Positions 7,485 to 14,267 of a stretch of DNA of 37,097 bases are shown piece after piece. The notes beneath the pieces were generated by a model that worked only from the letters and a program-made list of their open reading frames with translations, searched no databases and was not told the DNA's origin. Each line of letters starts with the position of its first letter. Positions within the stretch are counted from its first letter, which is position 1. The stretch comes from a virus, in the IMG/VR virus record IMGVR_UViG_3300045988_111150; one strand, given 5' to 3'. The translations under genes were made by a program, and so were the position numbers.

Positions 7485-8267
7485 ATGAAAATTTTACTTA
7501 TCAGTGGACACGGGGACGGCGACCCGGGCGCAAGCTCAAAATTTGGAGTAGAAGCGACAGAAACCGTGGTAATGGTACAGAAGATTAAGGAAACACTGGA
7601 AAATTATGCACAGGTTGATTTATACCCGACAAACAGGAACGCTTTTAAAGACCTGGGTAATGGTTGCTGCCAGGTAAATTTTGGAAATTATGACTATGTA
7701 CTGGAAGCACATTTTAATTCTTGCGTAAACGACCTTGCCGGGGATGGAAAGACTACAGGTACGGAAATCTATGTAACAACAGCGGAAAGAACCGTAGGAG
7801 TAGAAACAAAGATTGTAGAGAAAATCGCAGCGCTGGGACTTAAGAACAGGGGAGTAAAAAGGGAAAACTGGCGCGTGATCGCAAGAGCGAAAGCAAGCGG
7901 TACGTCTTCGGCGTTGCTGGAAGTATGTTTTATTGACGACAAAGACGATATGCAGATTTATACAGCGAAGAAAGACAAGATCGCGGCAGCAATAGCTACA
8001 GCAATCGCGGAACAGTTCGGACTTAAGAAAAACGGGAACAATGGAAACCAGGGAAATAAAGGTATTACAGTAGGAAGCACTGTAACGATTAAAGACGGTG
8101 CGGTATATGGCGGCTTATCATCGGCACGCGGTAAGGCAGTACCGACAACACAGCGCGGCGGGAAGAGACATACAGTAGATAAAATCCAGGCAAATAACGG
8201 AGTACAGGAAGCAAGACTTAAAGAAATTAAAAGCTGGGTAGCTGTATCGAGCTTACAGGTAGTGTAG
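7485..8267 (+). CDS. endolysin: N-acetylmuramoyl-L-alanine amidase (Amidase_3 type) with a C-terminal SH3-like wall-binding domain
   Basis: KILLISGHGDGDPGA, LEAHFNS and ALLEVCFIDD motifs typical of CwlA/Amidase_3. A GNNGNQGNKG linker precedes an ~65-aa beta-rich C-terminal domain. Confidence 0.85.
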   Translation: MKILLISGHGDGDPGASSKFGVEATETVVMVQKIKETLENYAQVDLYPTNRNAFKDLGNGCCQVNFGNYDYVLEAHFNSCVNDLAGDGKTTGTEIYVTTAERTVGVETKIVEKIAALGLKNRGVKRENWRVIARAKASGTSSALLEVCFIDDKDDMQIYTAKKDKIAAAIATAIAEQFGLKKNGNNGNQGNKGITVGSTVTIKDGAVYGGLSSARGKAVPTTQRGGKRHTVDKIQANNGVQEARLKEIKSWVAVSSLQVV

Positions 8268-8281
8268 AGAGGATAAGTAAC

Positions 8282-8998
8282 ATGAACGCAGAACAGAAGA
8301 ATTTTATTGAAATAGTGGGCGCTATCGCGTCCACTGATATGAAGAACAGCGGAGTAGCGGCGAGCTTGACAATCGCCCAGGCAATTTTAGAAAGTGCATG
8401 GGGAAAATCAGAACTGACAAAAACGGGCAATGCACTTTTCGGAATTAAGGCTACGAGCAACTGGAAGGGAAAGACATTAAAAAGAAAAACTACAGAATAC
8501 GAAGACGGAAAGAAAGTACAGGTAGAAGCAGAGTTTAGAGCTTACGCAACCTGGGAAGAATCCGTAAAAGATCATAGCGCATTTTTGAAGAAGTATAAGA
8601 GATATGCGAAAGTAATCGGGGAAACAGATTATAAAGAAGCTTGTAAAGCGGTAGCTGCTGCTGGATACGCAACAGACCCGACTTACGCAAAGAATCTTAT
8701 TGAACTTATCGAAACATACGAATTATACAACTACGATACAAAGAACACAGAAACCCACAACCTGGAAGCGGAAGAAAAGAAATACTACAGAGTCCAGGCG
8801 GGAGCGTTCAGAAAAAAAGAAGGCGCTGAGCTTATGGCTGAGAAGATAAGAAAGACCGGGCATAAAGACGTATTTGTAAGAATGATTAACGGACTTTACA
8901 AAGTCCAGGCGGGAGCTTATACAGATCGCAAAAACGCAGAAAAGACAGAGAAAAAATTAAAAGCTGCCGGAATTAGTTGCTTTATCGTATGCGCATGA
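8282..8998 (+). CDS. second lysin: glucosaminidase (FlgJ/LytD-type, PF01832-like) with a C-terminal SPOR domain
   Basis: SLTIAQAILESAWGKSELTKTGNALFGIKA is the glucosaminidase signature. The C-terminal YYRVQAGAFRKKEGAE...LYKVQAGAYTDRKNAEKTEKKLKAAGISCFIV has the SPOR repeat pattern. Confidence 0.85.
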   Translation: MNAEQKNFIEIVGAIASTDMKNSGVAASLTIAQAILESAWGKSELTKTGNALFGIKATSNWKGKTLKRKTTEYEDGKKVQVEAEFRAYATWEESVKDHSAFLKKYKRYAKVIGETDYKEACKAVAAAGYATDPTYAKNLIELIETYELYNYDTKNTETHNLEAEEKKYYRVQAGAFRKKEGAELMAEKIRKTGHKDVFVRMINGLYKVQAGAYTDRKNAEKTEKKLKAAGISCFIVCA

Positions 8999-9131
8999 TG
9001 TAGTATTAAGGAAACTGGAAAGAAAGTAGCGGTAACTGCCGCGTAACTTACAAATACATCAAAAAAGCCGAAAAATAGGCGTTCGGAGTTATCTAAACGA
9101 TAATTACAAAGAGACAACGAAAAAGATACAA

Positions 9132-9168
9132 ACCCAGGAAATGCTTATATTTCCTGGGTTTTCTTTAT
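9132..9168 (+). terminator. Rho-independent terminator after the lysis cassette (probably bidirectional, also facing int)
   Basis: ACCCAGGAAAT (9132-9142), loop GCTTAT, ATTTCCTGGGT (9149-9159), followed by TTTCTTTAT. Confidence 0.75.
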
Positions 9169-9214
9169 GCCCGCTGATTTGTGGAACACCACAAAAAAGC
9201 ATAAATTTTTTACG

Positions 9215-9246
9215 GTAACTAACACGTAACTAACAGGTAACTAACA
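9215..9246. repeat. three direct GTAACTAACA repeats at 11-nt spacing, abutting the int stop codon (candidate attP / recombinase arm sites)
   Basis: Copies at 9215-9224, 9226-9235 and 9237-9246, read directly. Confidence 0.6.
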
Positions 9247-10299
9247 CTATATCTTGTTGATTGCGTCTATTAGTTCCTCTATTTCAAAGTGAGTATATAC
9301 TATTTCGGTTACGCCTTGCCCTTTATGTCCGATTATCTTTTTTATGACCTTATCCGATACACCAGCTACGGTTAATAAGCTTACGCAAGTATGCCGGGTA
9401 TCATGCGGACGGTGCGACATTCCGACGGCATCAAGTAGCGGCTTCCAGTAAGAATCGTAATAATTACGATATTTGAAGTGCGCGCCTTCTGGTGTACTTA
9501 AAAGGTACTCACAGGAATTAAGGTTATACCAATATTCAAAGAACGGGTAAACCTTTTCTGCTATCGGTACTGTACGGATTCCGGCAGCAGTCTTAGCGGC
9601 GACAATATTAAAATGACGTTCTTCTAAATTTACATCTTCTTTTTTTAAGTCTAATAGTTCACTTATGCGGCAGCCGGAATAGATCAGCATAAGTATAACC
9701 GTATAATACGGGTTACTTTCTTTAGCGTCCCATATCCGGGAAACTTCAGACTTACTGAACGGTTCACGGTTTAGCGCGTTCGGATTTCCAGCATTTTTAA
9801 TATTTAGATATTCGACCATATTTCTTTCTTTCGGTATTATTTCATGTATTACAGCGTATTTGTACATAAGCCCCAGCATAATTTTTAATTTCTTAAGTGT
9901 AGGGGTATTCTTCCCGGATTCATCAACAACCATTTGAAGATGATCTAATTTAACATCTACGAAGCGCATTGAAGCGATTTTATCGCAGAGTTTCCAGGAA
10001 GCCTTATAACCTTTTACGTTAGATTCGCTAACTGTCGGGTAATGTTCGTCACTCCAACGTTCGTATACATCAGAAAAAGTAACTTTAGCGGCGTTCACAT
10101 CGTAAGGGTTGGCGTTAAATTCTGCCAGGGCGGTAAGCGCTTCTTTCCTGGTAGGATAATAGCCGACTGTTATATATAGCTGTTTTGCCTTCCCGGTTTT
10201 CGGGTCGATATCCCAGCCTTTTGTTTTCTTTGCTACATAGGGGTTACGGCGGTTGCCGGAGAGCTTGTAAACACTTCCGAAGCCGTTAGGTAATTTCAT
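9247..10299 (-). CDS. int: tyrosine site-specific integrase
   Basis: 350 aa. N-terminal arm-binding-like LPNGFGSVYKLSGNRRNPYVAKK. Catalytic-domain motifs CRISELLDL (Arg), HDTRHT (His-x-x-Arg), GHKG...VYTHF (His/Tyr). Confidence 0.9.
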   Translation of the reverse strand: MKLPNGFGSVYKLSGNRRNPYVAKKTKGWDIDPKTGKAKQLYITVGYYPTRKEALTALAEFNANPYDVNAAKVTFSDVYERWSDEHYPTVSESNVKGYKASWKLCDKIASMRFVDVKLDHLQMVVDESGKNTPTLKKLKIMLGLMYKYAVIHEIIPKERNMVEYLNIKNAGNPNALNREPFSKSEVSRIWDAKESNPYYTVILMLIYSGCRISELLDLKKEDVNLEERHFNIVAAKTAAGIRTVPIAEKVYPFFEYWYNLNSCEYLLSTPEGAHFKYRNYYDSYWKPLLDAVGMSHRPHDTRHTCVSLLTVAGVSDKVIKKIIGHKGQGVTEIVYTHFEIEELIDAINKI

Positions 10300-10328
10300 A
10301 TAATCACACCTTCCTTAAAAAAGGGTAT

Positions 10329-10362
10329 AAAAAATAAGCCCTTTTTAAAAATATGGGCTTAT
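10329..10362 (-). terminator. hairpin with a T-tract on the minus strand, between the SHOCT-like gene and int
   Basis: ATAAGCCC (10334-10341) pairs with GGGCTTAT (10355-10362). The A5 run at 10329-10333 becomes a downstream U-tract on the minus-strand RNA. Confidence 0.4.
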
Positions 10363-10420
10363 GATATAATTATATGTGCGTTGGTTATATCTGTAAGCCC
10401 TTGTTTATAGGTATCGCGTA

Positions 10421-10453
10421 GCCGTTTCGGGTGGCAGCCCGGGACGGCTTTTT
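10421..10453 (+). terminator. strong hairpin plus T5 reading on the + strand, in a region with no annotated + strand gene (possible sRNA terminator or bidirectional terminator)
   Basis: GCCGTTTCGGG (10421-10431), loop TGGCAG, CCCGGGACGGC (10438-10448), then TTTTT (10449-10453). The stem is 11 bp including two G-U pairs. Confidence 0.45.
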
Positions 10454-10461
10454 AAATTATC

Positions 10462-11226
10462 TTAAAGGTTCAATAATTCAGATTTCTTTTTATTAAATTC
10501 TTCTTCGGTTATAGCGCCACAATCTAATAGCTGCTTATACTTTAATATTTCATCGGCAGCAGACCCGGAAGAAGCCGGGGCGCTTGATTCTGCTGTAATA
10601 GAATCGAGCAAAGCAAGTATTTTATTCGCGCAATCCGCCATAGTGTTATACAGGAAACTTCCCTTTTTGGTATCGGCAGAAATAAGAGAAATTTCTGTAT
10701 AGGTATCGTATGTATGATTAAGGGTAATTCTGATATACATTTTCTTAATCATTTCTTTTTGTGATTTCTTCCCGGTAGTTCCGCCGATTACAGCACCAAC
10801 ACCACCGAACACAGCACCACCGACCAGGGCGCGCCCGATGCTTACACCGCCTTTCGTATATGTTTCGCCGTCTACGACAAGTTCATAATCTACAATGTCG
10901 TCAAAGGAATATACAATAGGCGTTTTGTTATATATAGATACTGCCGGAGCTGGAACGTGGAAAAGTCTTTTATTCTTATCTACGAAGAACAGCTTACCTA
11001 CCGTATCTGTAGCCTGGAAGTTTTTATATAATCCCTGGTTTTCTTTTATGTATTCTATATGCATTTTAATTTCTGATACATTCTTATTCTTTATATTGCT
11101 TACAAAGTTCGGGCTACAAAGACTAAGACAAGAAGAACAAACCGAACCTTCGGCAGTTTTAGCTTTTGTCAATGCATTAACTTTACCGCCGCAAACAATA
11201 CAGCTTTCTTTACTAAATAATCCCAT
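10462..11226 (-). CDS. zinc-ribbon (DUF4428-like) / glycine-zipper / SHOCT-domain protein; lysogeny-module accessory gene
   Basis: N-terminal CxxC...CxxC (CIVCGGK...CSSCLSLC). Central GRALVGGAVFGGVGAVIGGTTG glycine zipper. C-terminal ADEILKYKQLLDCGAITEEEFNKKKSELL matches the SHOCT pattern. Confidence 0.6.
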   Translation of the reverse strand: MGLFSKESCIVCGGKVNALTKAKTAEGSVCSSCLSLCSPNFVSNIKNKNVSEIKMHIEYIKENQGLYKNFQATDTVGKLFFVDKNKRLFHVPAPAVSIYNKTPIVYSFDDIVDYELVVDGETYTKGGVSIGRALVGGAVFGGVGAVIGGTTGKKSQKEMIKKMYIRITLNHTYDTYTEISLISADTKKGSFLYNTMADCANKILALLDSITAESSAPASSGSAADEILKYKQLLDCGAITEEEFNKKKSELLNL

Positions 11227-11295
11227 AAATAAGTTCCTTTCAAAAGCAATACTAACATTATCCTTATCCTATCGCGCAGAAAGGAAGGTAGGATA

Positions 11296-11496
11296 ATGTT
11301 AAAAGTAAATTTGTGGGAAGTGCGTACAGCCAAAGGCTTAAAGCTGGAAGCTGTAGCCGTAATGACTGGTGTAAGCAAGTCCACGCTAAATAATATTGAA
11401 AATGGTAAAACTTCGCCAACACTGGCAAACCTGGAAAAAATAGCCAAAGGCTTAGGATGCCGTATAAGCGATCTGTACGATTCAGAATATAAGTAG
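11296..11496 (+). CDS. XRE-family helix-turn-helix regulator (66 aa, Cro-like size)
   Basis: LKLEAVAVMTGVSKSTLNNIENGKTSPTLANLEKIAKGL is a canonical HTH_3/XRE motif. Confidence 0.8.
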   Translation: MLKVNLWEVRTAKGLKLEAVAVMTGVSKSTLNNIENGKTSPTLANLEKIAKGLGCRISDLYDSEYK

Positions 11497-11630
11497 TATA
11501 TCATAACACAGCTTTTTACCTGGTATTCTTGTAAATATTTCCACAATCCTGGAAATGTTTTTAAAATCCGGGACGAGCAGAAAAAATAGGAATATAATGG
11601 ATATTGTCAAAGGAAGGGGGCTTAACTATA

Positions 11631-11723
11631 ATGCGTGAGAAGCTACACAACCTTATAGACACTATCCAGGAAGAAAAACTATTAAGAAAGATATATTTTT
11701 ATATCCTGGGCTTGAAGGGGTAG
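11631..11723 (+). CDS. micro-ORF 1 (30 aa) MREKLHNLIDTIQEEKLLRKIYFYILGLKG, paralogue of 12253..12372
   Basis: Hand-translated. GGAAGGGGG RBS at 11612-11620, about 10 nt upstream of the ATG. Shares LHxxID...RKxYFYILGL with micro-ORF 2. Confidence 0.45.
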   Translation: MREKLHNLIDTIQEEKLLRKIYFYILGLKG

Positions 11724-11739
11724 ACGTTAATAGCGTCTA
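11721..11739. terminator. short hairpin between the convergent micro-ORF 1 and the CI-like gene
   Basis: TAGACG (11721-11726), loop TTAATAG, CGTCTA (11734-11739). Confidence 0.3.
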
Positions 11740-11743
11740 TCCC

Positions 11744-12103
11744 TTATTTCATTTCCGAAATGATTTTCTTAAGTACGTCCCATTCGTCTTCTGACAATTT
11801 ACAAAGCGTCTTAATTAAGTTCTTCTTAAATTCATCAGCACCGCCGGAGATACGACCTACATATAAGTCCAGCTCTTCATCTTCGGACATAGGATTAAAC
11901 ATTTCCCCGTTACCAGTCCTTAACCAGCTCTCATTTACATTAAATTCCCTACATATTGAAAAAATAACAGCTTCGGACGGGTTGCGAAGCCCTAATTCAT
12001 AATTGCCGATTGTGTTACCTTTTACGCCGACGCGTTTACCGAACTCTTCTTGACTTAGGTTTATATCCGGGTGTTTACGGACGGCTTTTATACGTTCTTT
12101 CAT
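11744..12103 (-). CDS. CI-like repressor (XRE HTH N-terminal domain plus a C-terminal helical domain)
   Basis: LSQEEFGKRVGVKGNTIGNYELGLRNPSEAVIFSICREFNV is an HTH_3 motif. It is divergent from a strong rightward promoter with operator repeats. Confidence 0.8.
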   Translation of the reverse strand: MKERIKAVRKHPDINLSQEEFGKRVGVKGNTIGNYELGLRNPSEAVIFSICREFNVNESWLRTGNGEMFNPMSEDEELDLYVGRISGGADEFKKNLIKTLCKLSEDEWDVLKKIISEMK

Positions 12104-12153
12104 TTATTAGCCCCCTTTCTTTAATATTTAACACTACAATAACATTAAAATCC

Positions 12154-12227
12154 CACATAGTCAATAAAAAACAAAAAGAAAGTGTTGACAATGAAGACTA
12201 TGTGGGGTATTATAATCACATAGTCAA
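12154..12227. promoter_or_regulatory. genetic-switch region: three operator-like sites and divergent promoters
   Basis: CACATAGTCAA at 12154-12164 and 12217-12227, with the inverted copy GACTATGTG at 12196-12204. Rightward promoter: TTGACA (12185-12190), 17 nt, TATTAT (12208-12213). Leftward candidate: TTGACT (complement of 12160-12165), 17 nt, TATTGT. Confidence 0.65.
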
Positions 12228-12252
12228 GGACAAAAGATGAAAGGAGCAAGAA

Positions 12253-12372
12253 ATGAAACAAGATAGAATAAAAAGAGCACTACATAGTTTCATTGACAGA
12301 ATGGACTATAAACTGCAAAGGAAAGCATATTTCTATATTTTAGGACTGATGGGGGGACATGAAAATGAGTGA
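12253..12372 (+). CDS. micro-ORF 2 (39 aa) MKQDRIKRALHSFIDRMDYKLQRKAYFYILGLMGGHENE; first ORF downstream of the rightward early promoter
   Basis: Hand-translated. AAGGAG at 12241-12246, 6 nt upstream of the ATG. Its 3' end overlaps the start of 12359..12817. Confidence 0.5.
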   Translation: MKQDRIKRALHSFIDRMDYKLQRKAYFYILGLMGGHENE

Positions 12373-12817
12373 AGAACAATTTAAAATCTGGAAACAAGTA
12401 GAAGCAAAAGGCTTAGAAAAACTTGAGAAAGTAGAAAAAGCATTAGCATCAACGGAAAAGGAAGGCTTTGAAGAAGCACATAAAGATTATTGCGACTTTA
12501 TAGAAAAGCTGGCAGAAACTACAGGACTGACAACCGGGGAACTGGACAAACATTTTACTAAGCTGTGGGCGGAGAAGAAACCGAAGAACTTTTATTTTAC
12601 TTTTGGGAGTTCCGAAGAGTTCCCATATACAAGAGGACAATACTTAATTGTAAAAGCACAGGACATTAGAGAAGCCGCCAAAAAGTACAAGAAAAAGTAC
12701 CCGAGTCGTTACAATGAAAATATTTTAAATTGCGCTGATTATTACAGCCAAAAAGCATGGGATGAAAGAGTAAAAGAATACTACAAAGGAGTAGAACCAG
12801 TAGAAGTAATAGAGTAA
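12359..12817 (+). CDS. hypothetical early protein (152 aa)
   Basis: ORF with FYFTFGSSEEFPY...LNCADYYSQKAW. No function recognised. Confidence 0.55.
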   Translation: MKMSEEQFKIWKQVEAKGLEKLEKVEKALASTEKEGFEEAHKDYCDFIEKLAETTGLTTGELDKHFTKLWAEKKPKNFYFTFGSSEEFPYTRGQYLIVKAQDIREAAKKYKKKYPSRYNENILNCADYYSQKAWDERVKEYYKGVEPVEVIE

Positions 12818-12847
12818 AACACCAGGGCGGCAGCAGTCGCCCAATCA

Positions 12848-12921
12848 GTGCCGTTAGCTCAGTTGGTAAGAGCACCCGGCTCATAACCGGGCGGGCGTGG
12901 GTTCGAGTCCCACACGGCACA
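12848..12921 (+). tRNA. tRNA with anticodon CAT (elongator Met or, if lysidine-modified, Ile2)
   Basis: Hand-folded cloverleaf. Acceptor GTGCCGT/ACGGCAC; D arm GCTC-AGTTGGTAA-GAGC; anticodon arm CCCGG-CTCATAA-CCGGG; variable CGGGC; T arm GTGGG-TTCGAGT-CCCAC; discriminator A. CCA is not encoded. The G1-C72 pair argues against an initiator. Confidence 0.9.
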
Positions 12922-13164
12922 TTAGTAGCAAGGACGGCAACCTTGCAGCAGCGATAGCAAGCAGACAGCTTAAGCTGCATACTGTGATAAAAATAGCAGC
13001 GGGTACACCAGCTAAAGAGTGTACAGATGTATAACAAGTTTTTCTACAGCTTTTTTAATGGGAAAAAGCGACTACACAGTAAATAAAGCCGGAACGGAGA
13101 AGTACAAAAATGAAAAAGAATCATTCACGCGCGCCACCTGGTAGGGAAAAAACCTAAACCCGTA

Positions 13165-13470
13165 ATGCAGCCTACCAAGGTAGCCAGTCCCAAGCCTGGA
13201 AGAAATGCAGAGGGCGGAAAATACATAGAAAGGCGGGATAGATTGAGGGAAAACAACATAAAACCAGCGGAAGCAGCGGAGATATTGGGCGTTTCGCCGC
13301 AATTTATCCGGGTTGCTATGCAAATGGGGCAACTTCCGATAGGAATAGCCATAAAGCTTCCTGGTTCAAGTGAGTACACATATCAGATCAGTGACAACTT
13401 ATTACAGCAGCGGACTTCTAAGAACGTAGCGGAAGAGATTAAAAGAATCAGAAGCACGAACCAAAGATAA
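13165..13470 (+). CDS. small DNA-binding protein with an excisionase/MerR-like HTH (start uncertain)
   Basis: IKPAEAAEILGVSPQFIRVAMQMGQLPIG is a typical Xis/HTH_17-like motif. The N-terminal ~25 aa of the track ORF may not be translated. Confidence 0.55.
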   Translation: MQPTKVASPKPGRNAEGGKYIERRDRLRENNIKPAEAAEILGVSPQFIRVAMQMGQLPIGIAIKLPGSSEYTYQISDNLLQQRTSKNVAEEIKRIRSTNQR

Positions 13471-13550
13471 AAAGACTGTGGCAGCAGTCGTAAAGCCCTT
13501 GTTTATAGGTAAAATCGCGAAAAAGTAACAAAGAAAAGGAGAACGAAGCA

Positions 13551-13811
13551 GTGAAAAAATGGGTTGTAGAGATTGAGAAGGAAAACGGAAGAAGAGAAAC
13601 CAGGTTAGTACCAGCAAGAAACAAATGCACAGCAATTAGCAACTGCAAACACGAAAACGAAGAAATTATATCATGCGTCCCATACACCGGGCAGAACGTA
13701 AAAGTAAGCAGACAGCGAGACGAAGAAGAAAACAGATACGGCGGCTACACTTTCGGTTACGGGTTCGGATATGGAACGGGAAAGGAGCGAAAGTATGGCA
13801 GCAGCTATTAG
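13551..13811 (+). CDS. hypothetical protein (86 aa, GTG start)
   Basis: ORF preceded by AAAGGAGAA. Gly/Tyr-rich C-terminus. Confidence 0.4.
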   Translation: MKKWVVEIEKENGRRETRLVPARNKCTAISNCKHENEEIISCVPYTGQNVKVSRQRDEEENRYGGYTFGYGFGYGTGKERKYGSSY

Positions 13812-13959
13812 TATGGATAAGAAGAAGGCAAGAGCAGACGAAGCCTTAGAGCTTGTAGGACAGCTTGATACTTCGATGCAGAAAGCCGTCTATATCGCTA
13901 CTAAAATGTTCCTGGCGGCAAAGGAAACGCCGGAAGAGAAAGGGAAACAGAAAAAATGA
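13795..13959 (+). CDS. hypothetical protein (54 aa)
   Basis: The internal ATG at 13795 is preceded by AAAGGAGCG. The track start 13771 lies deeper inside the upstream ORF. Confidence 0.4.
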   Translation: MAAAISMDKKKARADEALELVGQLDTSMQKAVYIATKMFLAAKETPEEKGKQKK

Positions 13960-14267
13960 TACTTAAAAGAGTCGGCAGCATAAAAAATAAGAAAAACAAG
14001 AAGTGTCTACAATGTGGGCGCTTAATGGTCGGGCTTAAGGACAATGAAGTACATAAGTGCGGAGCTTGTGGACAAAAACATTATGTAGACATTTACGGTA
14101 CAACGCTGGTACTTACAGCAGCAGAACGAAAAGACTTAAGACACCGAACAGAACCAAAAAGCCAGGACGACCCGGAAGTAGTACAGAAGAAGAAAGACCA
14201 GGACGAATTTAAAAAGCGCCTGGCTGAATTTAGAAGTAAGTGGGGAAGGTACAACAACGAGTGTTAG
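13956..14267 (+). CDS. zinc-ribbon protein (103 aa)
   Basis: CLQCG...(17 aa)...CGACG four-Cys arrangement. ATGA overlap with the upstream gene. Confidence 0.5.
   Translation: MILKRVGSIKNKKNKKCLQCGRLMVGLKDNEVHKCGACGQKHYVDIYGTTLVLTAAERKDLRHRTEPKSQDDPEVVQKKKDQDEFKKRLAEFRSKWGRYNNEC

Noticed and set aside
12848-12921. tRNA considered as the attP/attB integration core
   Set aside because: It is a full-length tRNA about 2.5 kb away from int, with genes in between. attP fragments are usually partial tRNA 3' ends adjacent to int. It is more likely a phage-encoded tRNA.
12922-13164. About 240 nt of non-coding DNA after the tRNA, scanned for a second tRNA or structured RNA (hairpins GCAAGG..CCTTGC, GTACAC..GTGTAC, palindrome CAGCTTAAGCTG)
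   Set aside because: I could not fold a cloverleaf or any convincing larger structure by eye. It is left unannotated and is worth a covariance-model scan.
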